A stretch of 44,977 nt of DNA, from positions 1-44,977 of the forward strand of contig CAMWIL010000004.1 of NCBI GenBank assembly GCA_947174325.1, in the 5' to 3' direction. This DNA comes from an uncultured Clostridia bacterium (GTDB lineage: Bacteria > Bacillota > Clostridia > Christensenellales > UBA3700). Position 1 is the stretch's first letter. Every line of letters starts with the position of its first letter. Shown here in pieces: positions 18,716 through 27,760 of the stretch. The notes beneath the pieces are model-generated. The model was not told where the DNA came from. It saw only the letters and a program-made list of their open reading frames with translations, and searched no databases. The position numbers were made by a program, and so were the translations under genes.

Positions 18716-21700
18716 ATGGATATAAGGAATAGGAAATTGAGTGGCGTTTTAGCCTTATCTATCTTGATAATTGTCTGTATATGCTTTACAAGCATAGCGT
18801 CTTTTTTTATTTCAACCAAAGTTGCGAATGCTTTTAATACAGTTATCGGTATGGCTAACAGTAGTACTAATATAGGCGAGATGTTGTTGGAAAATTATGA
18901 AGAAGACACTTCATCCAACTCCAAAGTGTTCAATAAAGATGTGTTTTATGAACTTATTCATCAGATAACAAACGTAGAGAATCCTGATATAAATACTCTC
19001 GAAGGTTTAGGTGTTGAAGAAAAGACGGCAGCGGACTTTCGCAGTTATAATGACGCATTGGACGTCACCGTTACGATCGCTGGCATACCATGGGCGGCAA
19101 CTTATTTGTCAACAAACGATAATGGCGATCCGATATTGACTTTATGGCAAGCAGTGCCAATGACTTATTATTATTTCGACGTAAGTACAAATAAAACCAC
19201 GTCTGTTAGTACTAGTACAGGACCACATTATAATGGGGCAGACAACTATTCTGACACATTGTCTAAATATCCCTCCAATTTATACGGTACGAGTCTTATT
19301 GCGACTTGCGTACTCAACAATGGAGGCGATTGGGCGCAGACAGGTACTACGTTAACCAAAGTAGAGCAAAAAGAAAATAGTTTTTATGCCAAATTCACAA
19401 TGGATAACGTATCGGGTAGTTTGACTTCATTTATAGAAATACCCAACAATATGCCATATCAAAAAGATCCGGACAAAGAAAGTACAAAGACGTATGCATA
19501 TTCGACTAGTATCAAATATGATTGCAATAACGATGCTTTGGTGGCGCCTAATGCCGATAATATGTATAGCACGTCTTATACTTATTCTGGAAATAAAAGT
19601 GTTAACTCTACCGCCTATACCGCATGGGGCGACGATAAGTTATGGTTGCCTAGTATGGCAGAAGTAGGATTCTCTACAATTGGCGGCGCTACTAGCGGTC
19701 TATGGAAAACGTCGACCAAGAATAGGGCGCTAGGTACAAGTGTGACATATTTTTGGACGCGTTCTACATATTATAATAGTTATTGCAAATTATACGTTGC
19801 TGGAGCCTTGGGCGCATCTTCAAGTAACAGTAATGTTGCTGCTTTCAATAATGTAGCGCTCCCCGCGTTTCATCTTAATCTAAGACTTGCGGCTGAAAGA
19901 GCAGGTTTGGCGCCTATGGATGAGCCTAACGACGTCGAATTTGAATATACAGGTCAAAAGTTTTCCATTACTGACGTAGATGACAGTCTAAAAACTTGGT
20001 ATGACGAAGACAAGATAGGGATAACGTATCCCGAAGATATGACCAACGCAGGAGTGCATCAAGTTATTGCTACAATAAATCAAGATTTAGCAGACAAAGG
20101 ATATACGTTCAAAGGCGATCCTGACGAAGAGAAGGGCGAGAACGAAACAACGAGAGTATTCAACTTCACAATTACCAAGAAGAAGATAACGCTATCTGTA
20201 CTCTTAGATAGCGGAGGAATGCCGTATATAGATTTCGACACAGGGCAGTTATGCGAGGGAGATACGGCGGAGAATGGGCGAGCGCCGGTATTGGGATTGA
20301 AATACACAAGTCAGGACGGCGCGACGGACTACGGTACCGATCCGCCAACGGTGGTGGGCAAGTACAAGGCTACTGCGTATATTGAGGACGCAGAAGACTG
20401 CAACTATGAACTTGCTCAGACATATACTTGCAACTTTGAGATAAAGCCAAAAGACGTGGACAAGCCTACGCTGGCAGTTACTTCGCAAGAATACAGCGGG
20501 GATTGGCTGGAATTTACGCTTGCCAACGTTACTGACGACGTAAGTATCACAGTGAAGAGAAATACCGAGACGTCGCAGACAGACGGCGATCCAATAATAA
20601 TTGAAGATACCGTCAAAGTTAAACGGGCAGGTTCGTATACTATCACAGTTTCGCTTGCCGACGGCGGAGATGCTACGCAGTGGACAGGTACGACAAGTAA
20701 TGCGTCATACACTATAACGTTTACCGTCGCGCAAAAGACGCTCAACGTAAGTTTTGAGAGCAGTACGGGCGCGTGGAGTTGGGAGAACGGCAAGGGCGGA
20801 AGCATAACCGCAGGCGAGGACAGTTTGTCAGACGACGACGTATCGCTTAGTCTGTATTACTATCTCTCTACAGCGTCAGGAAATAAGGTGACCGTTACTT
20901 CGCCTTTCGACGCGTCTGCGCTTGGAATAGGCACTTATTATTTCTGCGCAACGCTGGACGCTTCTTACGGCAACAACGCCAACTACGCTATTGCGGGCAA
21001 TCTTGCTTCGCAAGAGTTTAAAGTAACGGAAATCAACGCGGACATTACCGCCGTAACTTGGTATTACAGACAAGGAAGCGACCAAGCGCCTGCTTCGGTA
21101 ACAAACGGGGTAGTTCACGTACCTTATACGGGCAGCGCGTATACGTTTTTCGTGGACGATACGCAATTTGAATCGCTTGGCGTAAAAGTGGATACAACGT
21201 TTGCAGCCAACGGATATCAGAACGTGACGGGTACCAACGCAATGACGGCTTCGCTCACTGCGACGGTGAGAATAGTTCCGTTATCTGGATATAAATTCTC
21301 GTCGGGAACGTACAAAGAGTTTACGCTCGAATGGCAGATAGACAAGGCGGAGTACGATTTGTCGGGAGTTTCTTGGAGCGCGAAAGAACTTACTTACAAC
21401 GGCAAGTCGCAGACGGTTACGCTCACCGGACTACCAACCGGACTTAGCGTATCGAGGTATATTTATTCGCCGACTTCTACAGTCAACGTGGGAGATTACA
21501 CGGCGAGCGTGGGTAGTTTTGCCAATACAAATTCAAACTACAACACGCCTTCGGTAGATGCTTTCCAGAATTATTCGTGGAGCATAGTAGCGATAAAGAT
21601 ATACGTATCTTGGGATTTTGACGAAAACTCCGACAGCGAAGGCTCCGTATATTTCGTGCCGGTTCTTAATTCGGACAACGATAAGGTAGAGTACGCTTAT

Positions 21701-24700
21701 TATACCGACGACAACGGCAGACCGAGCAGTACGCAGATTTCTCTCTCGGACATTGAAGTGGACGAGACTACGTTGGTTTATTATTGGGTGAAAGTATCGT
21801 TGAAGAGTTCGTATTCTAATTTCTATCAATTAGTAGACGAAACAGGCAACGACCCGGCGTATTACATATCTTTCCCTGTCGGCGACAATAAGACTCCGGT
21901 ATCGGTATCGTTGGAAAACAGTTCTGTTACGTATAACGGCAATCAACAGCCTGTATCGCTTATTATCAGCAACGTAATGATAAAAGAGAGCGATTTTACT
22001 ATCGAATACTCTGCGGACGAAGGCAAGACGTTTAATTCGGCAGCTCCAACAAATGCAGGTTCATACGTCGTGCGTATTACGCTCTCTCAAGAGGACTACG
22101 CGCTTACCGGACAGAAAGAATTTACTTACGAAATAGCCAAAGCCGATTATGACTTATCCAACGTAGCTTGGGTATATTCAGGTACGGACGGAAGTTCGGG
22201 AGATTATTCAGCCCCGTTTACGTATAACGGAATTACTTACACTTTGACGCTCAGCGGTTTCCCCGCCGGCGTGAGTGTGGCAAGCGGAGCATACAGCGGA
22301 AACGTAGGCGCAAACGCAAATGATTATACCGCTAAAATATCTTCCGTTACAGCCGATACGGCAAACTACAACGTAATAGATACCACTCAATTTGACCTTG
22401 ATTGGAAAATAGAGAAAGCGCAGATAGTTATTTCTTGGACGGAGAATAAGGAAACGTCGGGAACTAACGAATTTGATATCTGGGTAGCGGAGACTTCGCA
22501 GTATTATAATTCCGCGTATTATCGTTGGGAGCAATGGGACGGTTCTGCTCCCGTTGCGGGCGCAAGCGCGCTTAGCTATGACGAAGTAGTCGGTTCGTTC
22601 AACGAGGCAGTAAGCGCGAAATTCGTCTGTTACGTTGCGCTGAAAGACAGCGACAACTACGCTGTATCCGGCTTGGCGTTTAAGGAGTTTGAAATCGGCG
22701 GAAATAAGACGGCTGTCACGTTGCAAATAAAAGTTGCGGAGAAAGTATACGACGGAGCAGCGTTTGAGCCGTCCGCCGCGGCTTATCTGCAAGACGGAAC
22801 GCAAGTTTATGCGGAATTCGAGTTCTCGTATTTTGACGAAAATGGCGAGCCGTTGGGCAACACCGCGCCTGTAAACGCAGGTAATTATACGGTTCAAATT
22901 TCCTTAAAGGGTTCGTATTCCGACGACTACGTGATAAGCGGAGACAGTTCGTTTGCGTTTGAAATCAAAAAGGCGCAGTACGATATATCTTCTCTTAGAT
23001 GGACGGACGGGGAAAACGAGTACGAAATCAGCGATAGCATATCCTTTATTTACAGCGGCAATACGGTTACGCTTGGACTTATAGGAAATGATGAAATAAC
23101 TGACTTTGAGGTTGAACTTTCGGGCGAGACGAGCGGAAAGGACGCGGGAAGTTATGATATCACAATAAATATAAAAGTAAATCCGAATTATGAAGATTGC
23201 GATATACCTGAGTTATTTACTTGGACGATAACGCCGCTTGCAGTAGATTTAAGCGGAATAACGTGGAATTACGATACTGCAAAGCCTTATGTATATAAGC
23301 GCGACCAAAATGGGGTTGTTTTGCAAAGCGTTGAACTTGCCATTCCCGAAACGCTTCCGCAAGAAGTCATTGACGCTATTGTCGCAGTCAACGGCTTGTA
23401 TGGCGGAACATACTATGCGACGGGAGTAGGAACGTACGAGGCGACTGCCGATCTTACCGTATTAAATACGTATACAGACAACGGCTTTAAGATAGGCAAC
23501 TTTGATATAACGTGGGCGGATCTCGGAAAATTAACTTGGAAGATAAATTCAAACGATTTCGAAATGCCTATATATGACGGCAGTTGGAAGGTATTTGACG
23601 GCGATACGCACGATTTTGCCGCTGCATGCGGTCTGCCCGAAGATTGGCAATACTATATAGATATTACAATCAATATCACTTTGCCAGACAATACGACTCA
23701 ATCGTATGGGGGAGTGGACGGAATAGTTTGGATGGGTTACGACGCTGGAGAATATGAACTTGTCTTTACCGTAAAAGAAGGTATCAACGCCAGTGGCGAT
23801 TACAACGTTTGGATAGGCGACGACGATACGCAAACGCTAAGAGTCAACGTTTCGCCGCGAGTTGTAACGGTGTCAGGATGGAGAGGTACGGGAACTAAGG
23901 CTCAGGCGCAGTTCGACGGCGACGTATTGTCGCAGTGGTATTCGTACGTAGTCTATGATTCCAAAAATCAAGTTGCGCAAGCGGACGCGTCGACCGGCAA
24001 GTATGCGCCGGGAACGTACACGCGTACGGTAGAGGCGACTTCGCAGAATATAAAAATACAATTTACAGGCGCGGAAAAGGTTGCTTTTGAAGTTGACGAA
24101 TCGGGTAACGAAGTCGGCGTTGAGATACCTGACGAACCTGGCGAGCCGGACGTTCCTGACGAGCCTAACGAGCCTGGAAATGACGACGAACAGCCTGACC
24201 AACCGACTGACGGAGATAAAGACGAGAAAGGCGACGCTTTGAGCGAGTTACTTGCAAAGCTCAAAGACTTGCCGTTGTGGCAGTTGATAGCAAGCTTGAT
24301 AAGCATAATATTGATTTTGATATTCCTAGCTAAGATGGCAAGCAACGAAAGCAAGAGGAAGAAAGCCAAGAAGACGATTAAGAAGAAGTATAACGACTTA
24401 TACGCGGCTACGTTCTTAGGGTTAGCGCCTACGAATTGGACGGTGATAGCGTGCGCGCTGATAGGAGTTGCGGTACTCTCGTTTATCTTTATGCTGATAT
24501 CTCAAAAGCGTCGCGGTAGCGCGGAAGAAGCGTTGGATGACGCTAAAGAAGAATACGAGCAAGCGCAAGCCAAGAAAAAAGACGACGAGATGAAGTCAAT
24601 GCTTATGGGAATGAGCGGACGTCAACAAATCGCAGTACCTGAAATGGGCGAAATACGCGGTATGATAGAGGACGCTATGAGCAAAAATATGCCCCAACAA

Positions 24701-25651
24701 TCATCGGCAAACGACGAATTTGTGCAAAGACTGATGGACGAGAATGCAAAGAGTCAGCAAGCGATTCAAGACTTAATGCAAAAACTCGCCGAACAACAAT
24801 CTTCTATGCTTTCGGCAGAAAGAGAGGTTGCGGCAAGCAACGTAAGCGATGAAATGCTTGCTGAATTGCAAAAGACTATGAGAGCAATGCAAAAGCAAAT
24901 GAACGAAGTTAAAACGGTAGCTGCAGCTAACGTCAGTGACGAAACTATACTCAAAGTAGTTGAAAAGACGGAGCAAAACGACGAAACTATAAAACTTATC
25001 TTACAAAATCAACAAATCATAATGGATAAGTTGGAAGAACTGTTTTCAAGACCCGTCGAGAAGCAAGTGGTCGAAGTGCCTGTCGAAAAGATAGTGGAAA
25101 AAGAAGTAAAAATAGAAGTTCCCGTCGAAGTCGAGAAGGTAGTCGAGAAAGTCGTGGAAGTACCTGTTGAGGTCGAGAAGATAGTAGAAGTTCCCGTAGA
25201 AAAGGTAGTTGAAATTCCTGTTCAAAAACCTGCTCCCAAAGCAAAGACAGCTACTCCAAGACTTACGCTAGATGAAGCATACGAAAAGCTATCCGCAAAG
25301 CAGAAAAAGTTCTTTGATACGCTCAAAGATTACGCAATGAGCAAAGATAAATGCAAAGAGAAGAAATCTACGTATTATATCTTGCTAGGTCAATCTTCCG
25401 TCAATCCACTTGTGAAGCTTACTATTAAGAAAGACACAACTGTAGCATTGTTTAAGATGGAAGACGAGTTTATGAAAGACATCCGTCGCAACGCAACCAA
25501 TGACGGAGCAAAGATAAAGGTCAAAGAGACGGAAGTAATCATATCGGACGTACAAGCAATGAAAGCGGCGAAAGAAATGATAGACCTTAGGGAAGATCAA
25601 ATTGAAAGATATAGCGACTTTTTGAAAGAGCAGAGGGCTATGATGAAGTAG
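18716..25651 (+). CDS. Giant membrane-anchored surface protein (DUF6273-like tip, MBG/Ig-like repeats, TM helices, VPVEK repeats, C-terminal globular domain)
   Basis: Signal peptide ending ANA; DKLWLPS..E...FWTRS...PAFHL; repeated Y.G....P.NAG.Y beta modules; PDEP linker; two hydrophobic helices; coiled coil; VEVPVEK repeats. Confidence 0.85.
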   Translation: MDIRNRKLSGVLALSILIIVCICFTSIASFFISTKVANAFNTVIGMANSSTNIGEMLLENYEEDTSSNSKVFNKDVFYELIHQITNVENPDINTLEGLGVEEKTAADFRSYNDALDVTVTIAGIPWAATYLSTNDNGDPILTLWQAVPMTYYYFDVSTNKTTSVSTSTGPHYNGADNYSDTLSKYPSNLYGTSLIATCVLNNGGDWAQTGTTLTKVEQKENSFYAKFTMDNVSGSLTSFIEIPNNMPYQKDPDKESTKTYAYSTSIKYDCNNDALVAPNADNMYSTSYTYSGNKSVNSTAYTAWGDDKLWLPSMAEVGFSTIGGATSGLWKTSTKNRALGTSVTYFWTRSTYYNSYCKLYVAGALGASSSNSNVAAFNNVALPAFHLNLRLAAERAGLAPMDEPNDVEFEYTGQKFSITDVDDSLKTWYDEDKIGITYPEDMTNAGVHQVIATINQDLADKGYTFKGDPDEEKGENETTRVFNFTITKKKITLSVLLDSGGMPYIDFDTGQLCEGDTAENGRAPVLGLKYTSQDGATDYGTDPPTVVGKYKATAYIEDAEDCNYELAQTYTCNFEIKPKDVDKPTLAVTSQEYSGDWLEFTLANVTDDVSITVKRNTETSQTDGDPIIIEDTVKVKRAGSYTITVSLADGGDATQWTGTTSNASYTITFTVAQKTLNVSFESSTGAWSWENGKGGSITAGEDSLSDDDVSLSLYYYLSTASGNKVTVTSPFDASALGIGTYYFCATLDASYGNNANYAIAGNLASQEFKVTEINADITAVTWYYRQGSDQAPASVTNGVVHVPYTGSAYTFFVDDTQFESLGVKVDTTFAANGYQNVTGTNAMTASLTATVRIVPLSGYKFSSGTYKEFTLEWQIDKAEYDLSGVSWSAKELTYNGKSQTVTLTGLPTGLSVSRYIYSPTSTVNVGDYTASVGSFANTNSNYNTPSVDAFQNYSWSIVAIKIYVSWDFDENSDSEGSVYFVPVLNSDNDKVEYAYYTDDNGRPSSTQISLSDIEVDETTLVYYWVKVSLKSSYSNFYQLVDETGNDPAYYISFPVGDNKTPVSVSLENSSVTYNGNQQPVSLIISNVMIKESDFTIEYSADEGKTFNSAAPTNAGSYVVRITLSQEDYALTGQKEFTYEIAKADYDLSNVAWVYSGTDGSSGDYSAPFTYNGITYTLTLSGFPAGVSVASGAYSGNVGANANDYTAKISSVTADTANYNVIDTTQFDLDWKIEKAQIVISWTENKETSGTNEFDIWVAETSQYYNSAYYRWEQWDGSAPVAGASALSYDEVVGSFNEAVSAKFVCYVALKDSDNYAVSGLAFKEFEIGGNKTAVTLQIKVAEKVYDGAAFEPSAAAYLQDGTQVYAEFEFSYFDENGEPLGNTAPVNAGNYTVQISLKGSYSDDYVISGDSSFAFEIKKAQYDISSLRWTDGENEYEISDSISFIYSGNTVTLGLIGNDEITDFEVELSGETSGKDAGSYDITINIKVNPNYEDCDIPELFTWTITPLAVDLSGITWNYDTAKPYVYKRDQNGVVLQSVELAIPETLPQEVIDAIVAVNGLYGGTYYATGVGTYEATADLTVLNTYTDNGFKIGNFDITWADLGKLTWKINSNDFEMPIYDGSWKVFDGDTHDFAAACGLPEDWQYYIDITINITLPDNTTQSYGGVDGIVWMGYDAGEYELVFTVKEGINASGDYNVWIGDDDTQTLRVNVSPRVVTVSGWRGTGTKAQAQFDGDVLSQWYSYVVYDSKNQVAQADASTGKYAPGTYTRTVEATSQNIKIQFTGAEKVAFEVDESGNEVGVEIPDEPGEPDVPDEPNEPGNDDEQPDQPTDGDKDEKGDALSELLAKLKDLPLWQLIASLISIILILIFLAKMASNESKRKKAKKTIKKKYNDLYAATFLGLAPTNWTVIACALIGVAVLSFIFMLISQKRRGSAEEALDDAKEEYEQAQAKKKDDEMKSMLMGMSGRQQIAVPEMGEIRGMIEDAMSKNMPQQSSANDEFVQRLMDENAKSQQAIQDLMQKLAEQQSSMLSAEREVAASNVSDEMLAELQKTMRAMQKQMNEVKTVAAANVSDETILKVVEKTEQNDETIKLILQNQQIIMDKLEELFSRPVEKQVVEVPVEKIVEKEVKIEVPVEVEKVVEKVVEVPVEVEKIVEVPVEKVVEIPVQKPAPKAKTATPRLTLDEAYEKLSAKQKKFFDTLKDYAMSKDKCKEKKSTYYILLGQSSVNPLVKLTIKKDTTVALFKMEDEFMKDIRRNATNDGAKIKVKETEVIISDVQAMKAAKEMIDLREDQIERYSDFLKEQRAMMK

Positions 25652-25838
25652 ACGACCGCGAGACAGACCGCGTATAGCGGCATACCTTTTGCAATAACGA
25701 CTTTGGTCGCTCACTACGACTTAATAAAGAGCGAGTACCTTTATCAAAATGTACTCGCAAATTTTACAGTAACAATTTTAATAAAAAATTTTTCAATATG
25801 GTATTTATTTTTGTTGAAGTGTATGGTATACTGATTTT

Positions 25839-26915
25839 ATGAAAAAGAATAGAAAACTTTTAGGATTTATGATATTTGTAATTTACGGGCTGTTGGCGAT
25901 AACTATAGTTTTGCCTATGATCGCTACGGCTTGTATTATTAAGTTTGCGTTTGGAAGAAGAGTCGGCAAAGCGAATAAGCATATGGTTTTGGAAGAATTT
26001 CCTGATATGATAACGCATCCTGTTAAGTTTAAGAGCGGTAAGAATAATCTTGCCGGATATTTTGCTGTGGGCAAAGACGTAGATGCCAAAGATTACAAGG
26101 CGGTCATGATCGTTGCGCACGGCATTGGTTGTTCGAGAGCAAGTTATATCAACCGTTACGATTATTTCGCAAGAAAAGGTTATATTGTATTTGCATACGA
26201 TTGTACGGGAACTTGCGAGAGCGAGGGCAAGGGAATTCAAGGACTTGTGCAGTCGCAGGTGGATTTGGATAATGCGATAAACTACATAAGCAGTCTGGAA
26301 GAGTTGAAGGACTACAAAATACTCGTCTACGGACACAGCTGGGGCGGTTACGCTACGGCTACGGAGCTCAACAGCAAGACGGCGGAAAAACTTACTGCGG
26401 TCGCAACGCTTTCCGGCTTTGACGATATTTGGGGCATATGCGAATACCAAATCGCAAAATATGCGACGAAAATCGTCGTGCTTACAAAGCCGTGGGTATA
26501 CTTGTATTATATTTTAAGATACGGCAAACGCGCGCTGTATACCGGCATAGGCGGCGTGAGTAATTTCCACGGTCCGGTACTTGTAATGCACAGCAAGGAC
26601 GACCCGACGGTACACTTTGAAAATTCCGTGGCGATACACGAAGATAAGAACAAAAATCCGCAGGCAAAGTTTGTCATATTCGAGGATAGAGGTCATACGC
26701 TTTCCCGTCCGGTAGAGGCGGAAAGAGAAATCAAGAGATTGCACAAGGGCAAGAAAACCCAACTTGCAATGGGCAAAATGAATATCTTTGAATACAACGT
26801 CAATACGGGCTACGAATATTGCGATAAATCTTTGGTTTACGCTACCGATTACGAATTTTTGGATAGTGTAAACGAATTCTTTGAAGGCGTATTGAATAAT
26901 TCTGCGGCTCAATGA
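25839..26915 (+). CDS. Membrane-anchored alpha/beta hydrolase
   Basis: N-terminal TM, AHG, YD..G..SEG, GHSWGG nucleophile elbow, HSKDD, GH. Confidence 0.88.
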   Translation: MKKNRKLLGFMIFVIYGLLAITIVLPMIATACIIKFAFGRRVGKANKHMVLEEFPDMITHPVKFKSGKNNLAGYFAVGKDVDAKDYKAVMIVAHGIGCSRASYINRYDYFARKGYIVFAYDCTGTCESEGKGIQGLVQSQVDLDNAINYISSLEELKDYKILVYGHSWGGYATATELNSKTAEKLTAVATLSGFDDIWGICEYQIAKYATKIVVLTKPWVYLYYILRYGKRALYTGIGGVSNFHGPVLVMHSKDDPTVHFENSVAIHEDKNKNPQAKFVIFEDRGHTLSRPVEAEREIKRLHKGKKTQLAMGKMNIFEYNVNTGYEYCDKSLVYATDYEFLDSVNEFFEGVLNNSAAQ

Positions 26916-27364
26916 AAGTTTATATAAAAGAACGTTGCGCCGATATTCAAAAGGCTAAAACCGAATTGCTGAGAGCGCATTTTTCCGGCGATAAGAATTA
27001 TGAGATACGGAATTTGCAAAGCGGTAGCCCCATACTTGTTTGCGCTCAGGAAGAGGTCGGATATATTTCTATATCGCATACCGACGATACGTTGATCATT
27101 GCGTTTGCGGACAAGCCCGTAGGAATAGATATAGAACGCCGAAGCCGCAAAGTGTCGCCTAAGGTATGCGGAAGTATTGAAGAATGGACGAGACGCGAGG
27201 CATACGGTAAATGGCTGGGCGTGGGTATAAATAAAGAGGTTTTGTCAGCGCAGTTGCCTGATAATATTATAAATACGATATATTACGGCGAATTCGTTGT
27301 CAGCGTGTGCGGCGAAGAGGTCGTAGACGGCGAAACAGTGATTGACAACTCTTATGACGCATGA
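26912..27364 (+). CDS. 4'-phosphopantetheinyl transferase (short Sfp-like)
   Basis: G.P, ISISHT, VGIDIE, WTRREAYGK; adjacent to ACP. Confidence 0.85.
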   Translation: MKVYIKERCADIQKAKTELLRAHFSGDKNYEIRNLQSGSPILVCAQEEVGYISISHTDDTLIIAFADKPVGIDIERRSRKVSPKVCGSIEEWTRREAYGKWLGVGINKEVLSAQLPDNIINTIYYGEFVVSVCGEEVVDGETVIDNSYDA

Positions 27365-27370
27365 TATAAT
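27342..27370 (+). promoter_or_regulatory. Consensus sigma-A promoter for acpP
   Basis: TTGACA-17 bp-TATAAT with extended -10, overlapping the PPTase 3' end. Confidence 0.85.
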
Positions 27371-27413
27371 TATTAAAGTGATATGCGATTTGATCGCAAC
27401 GTAGGAGGCAAAT

Positions 27414-27641
27414 ATGGTACTTGAAAAGTTGAGTAAAATCATCGCCGATCAACTCGGTATGGAGCAGAGCAAAATTACTAAGGCTACTTTGCTTAAAGAG
27501 GAGTTGCTTGCTGATTCTCTTGATATTGTTGAGATAATAATGTCTTTGGAAGAAGAGTTCGGAATTCAAGTTGACGATAATGACGCTCTTGCTTTCAAGA
27601 CGGTCGGCGACGTCGCAGAGTATATCGAAAAAAATATTTAA
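27414..27641 (+). CDS. acpP: Acyl carrier protein
   Basis: ADSLDIVE...LEEEFGI; acidic 75 aa. Confidence 0.95.
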   Translation: MVLEKLSKIIADQLGMEQSKITKATLLKEELLADSLDIVEIIMSLEEEFGIQVDDNDALAFKTVGDVAEYIEKNI

Positions 27642-27692
27642 TTAGCTATCAATTAGTAAAACAAAAGTGTTTTTGTTTTGTTGTCTTCATTT

Positions 27693-27726
27693 GTAAAAGG
27701 CATATCCTTTCGGATATGCCTTTTAC
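27693..27726. terminator. Bidirectional terminator between acpP and leuB
   Basis: gtaaaaggcatatcc-tttc-ggatatgccttttac. Confidence 0.85.
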
Positions 27727-27760
27727 GTTTTATAACGTTGTTGATACTTTCTATTAACTA

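Noticed and set aside
18716-25651. Complete DGR or sortase-anchored adhesin
   Set aside because: No reverse transcriptase or template repeat visible in the window; no LPxTG or SLH anchor.
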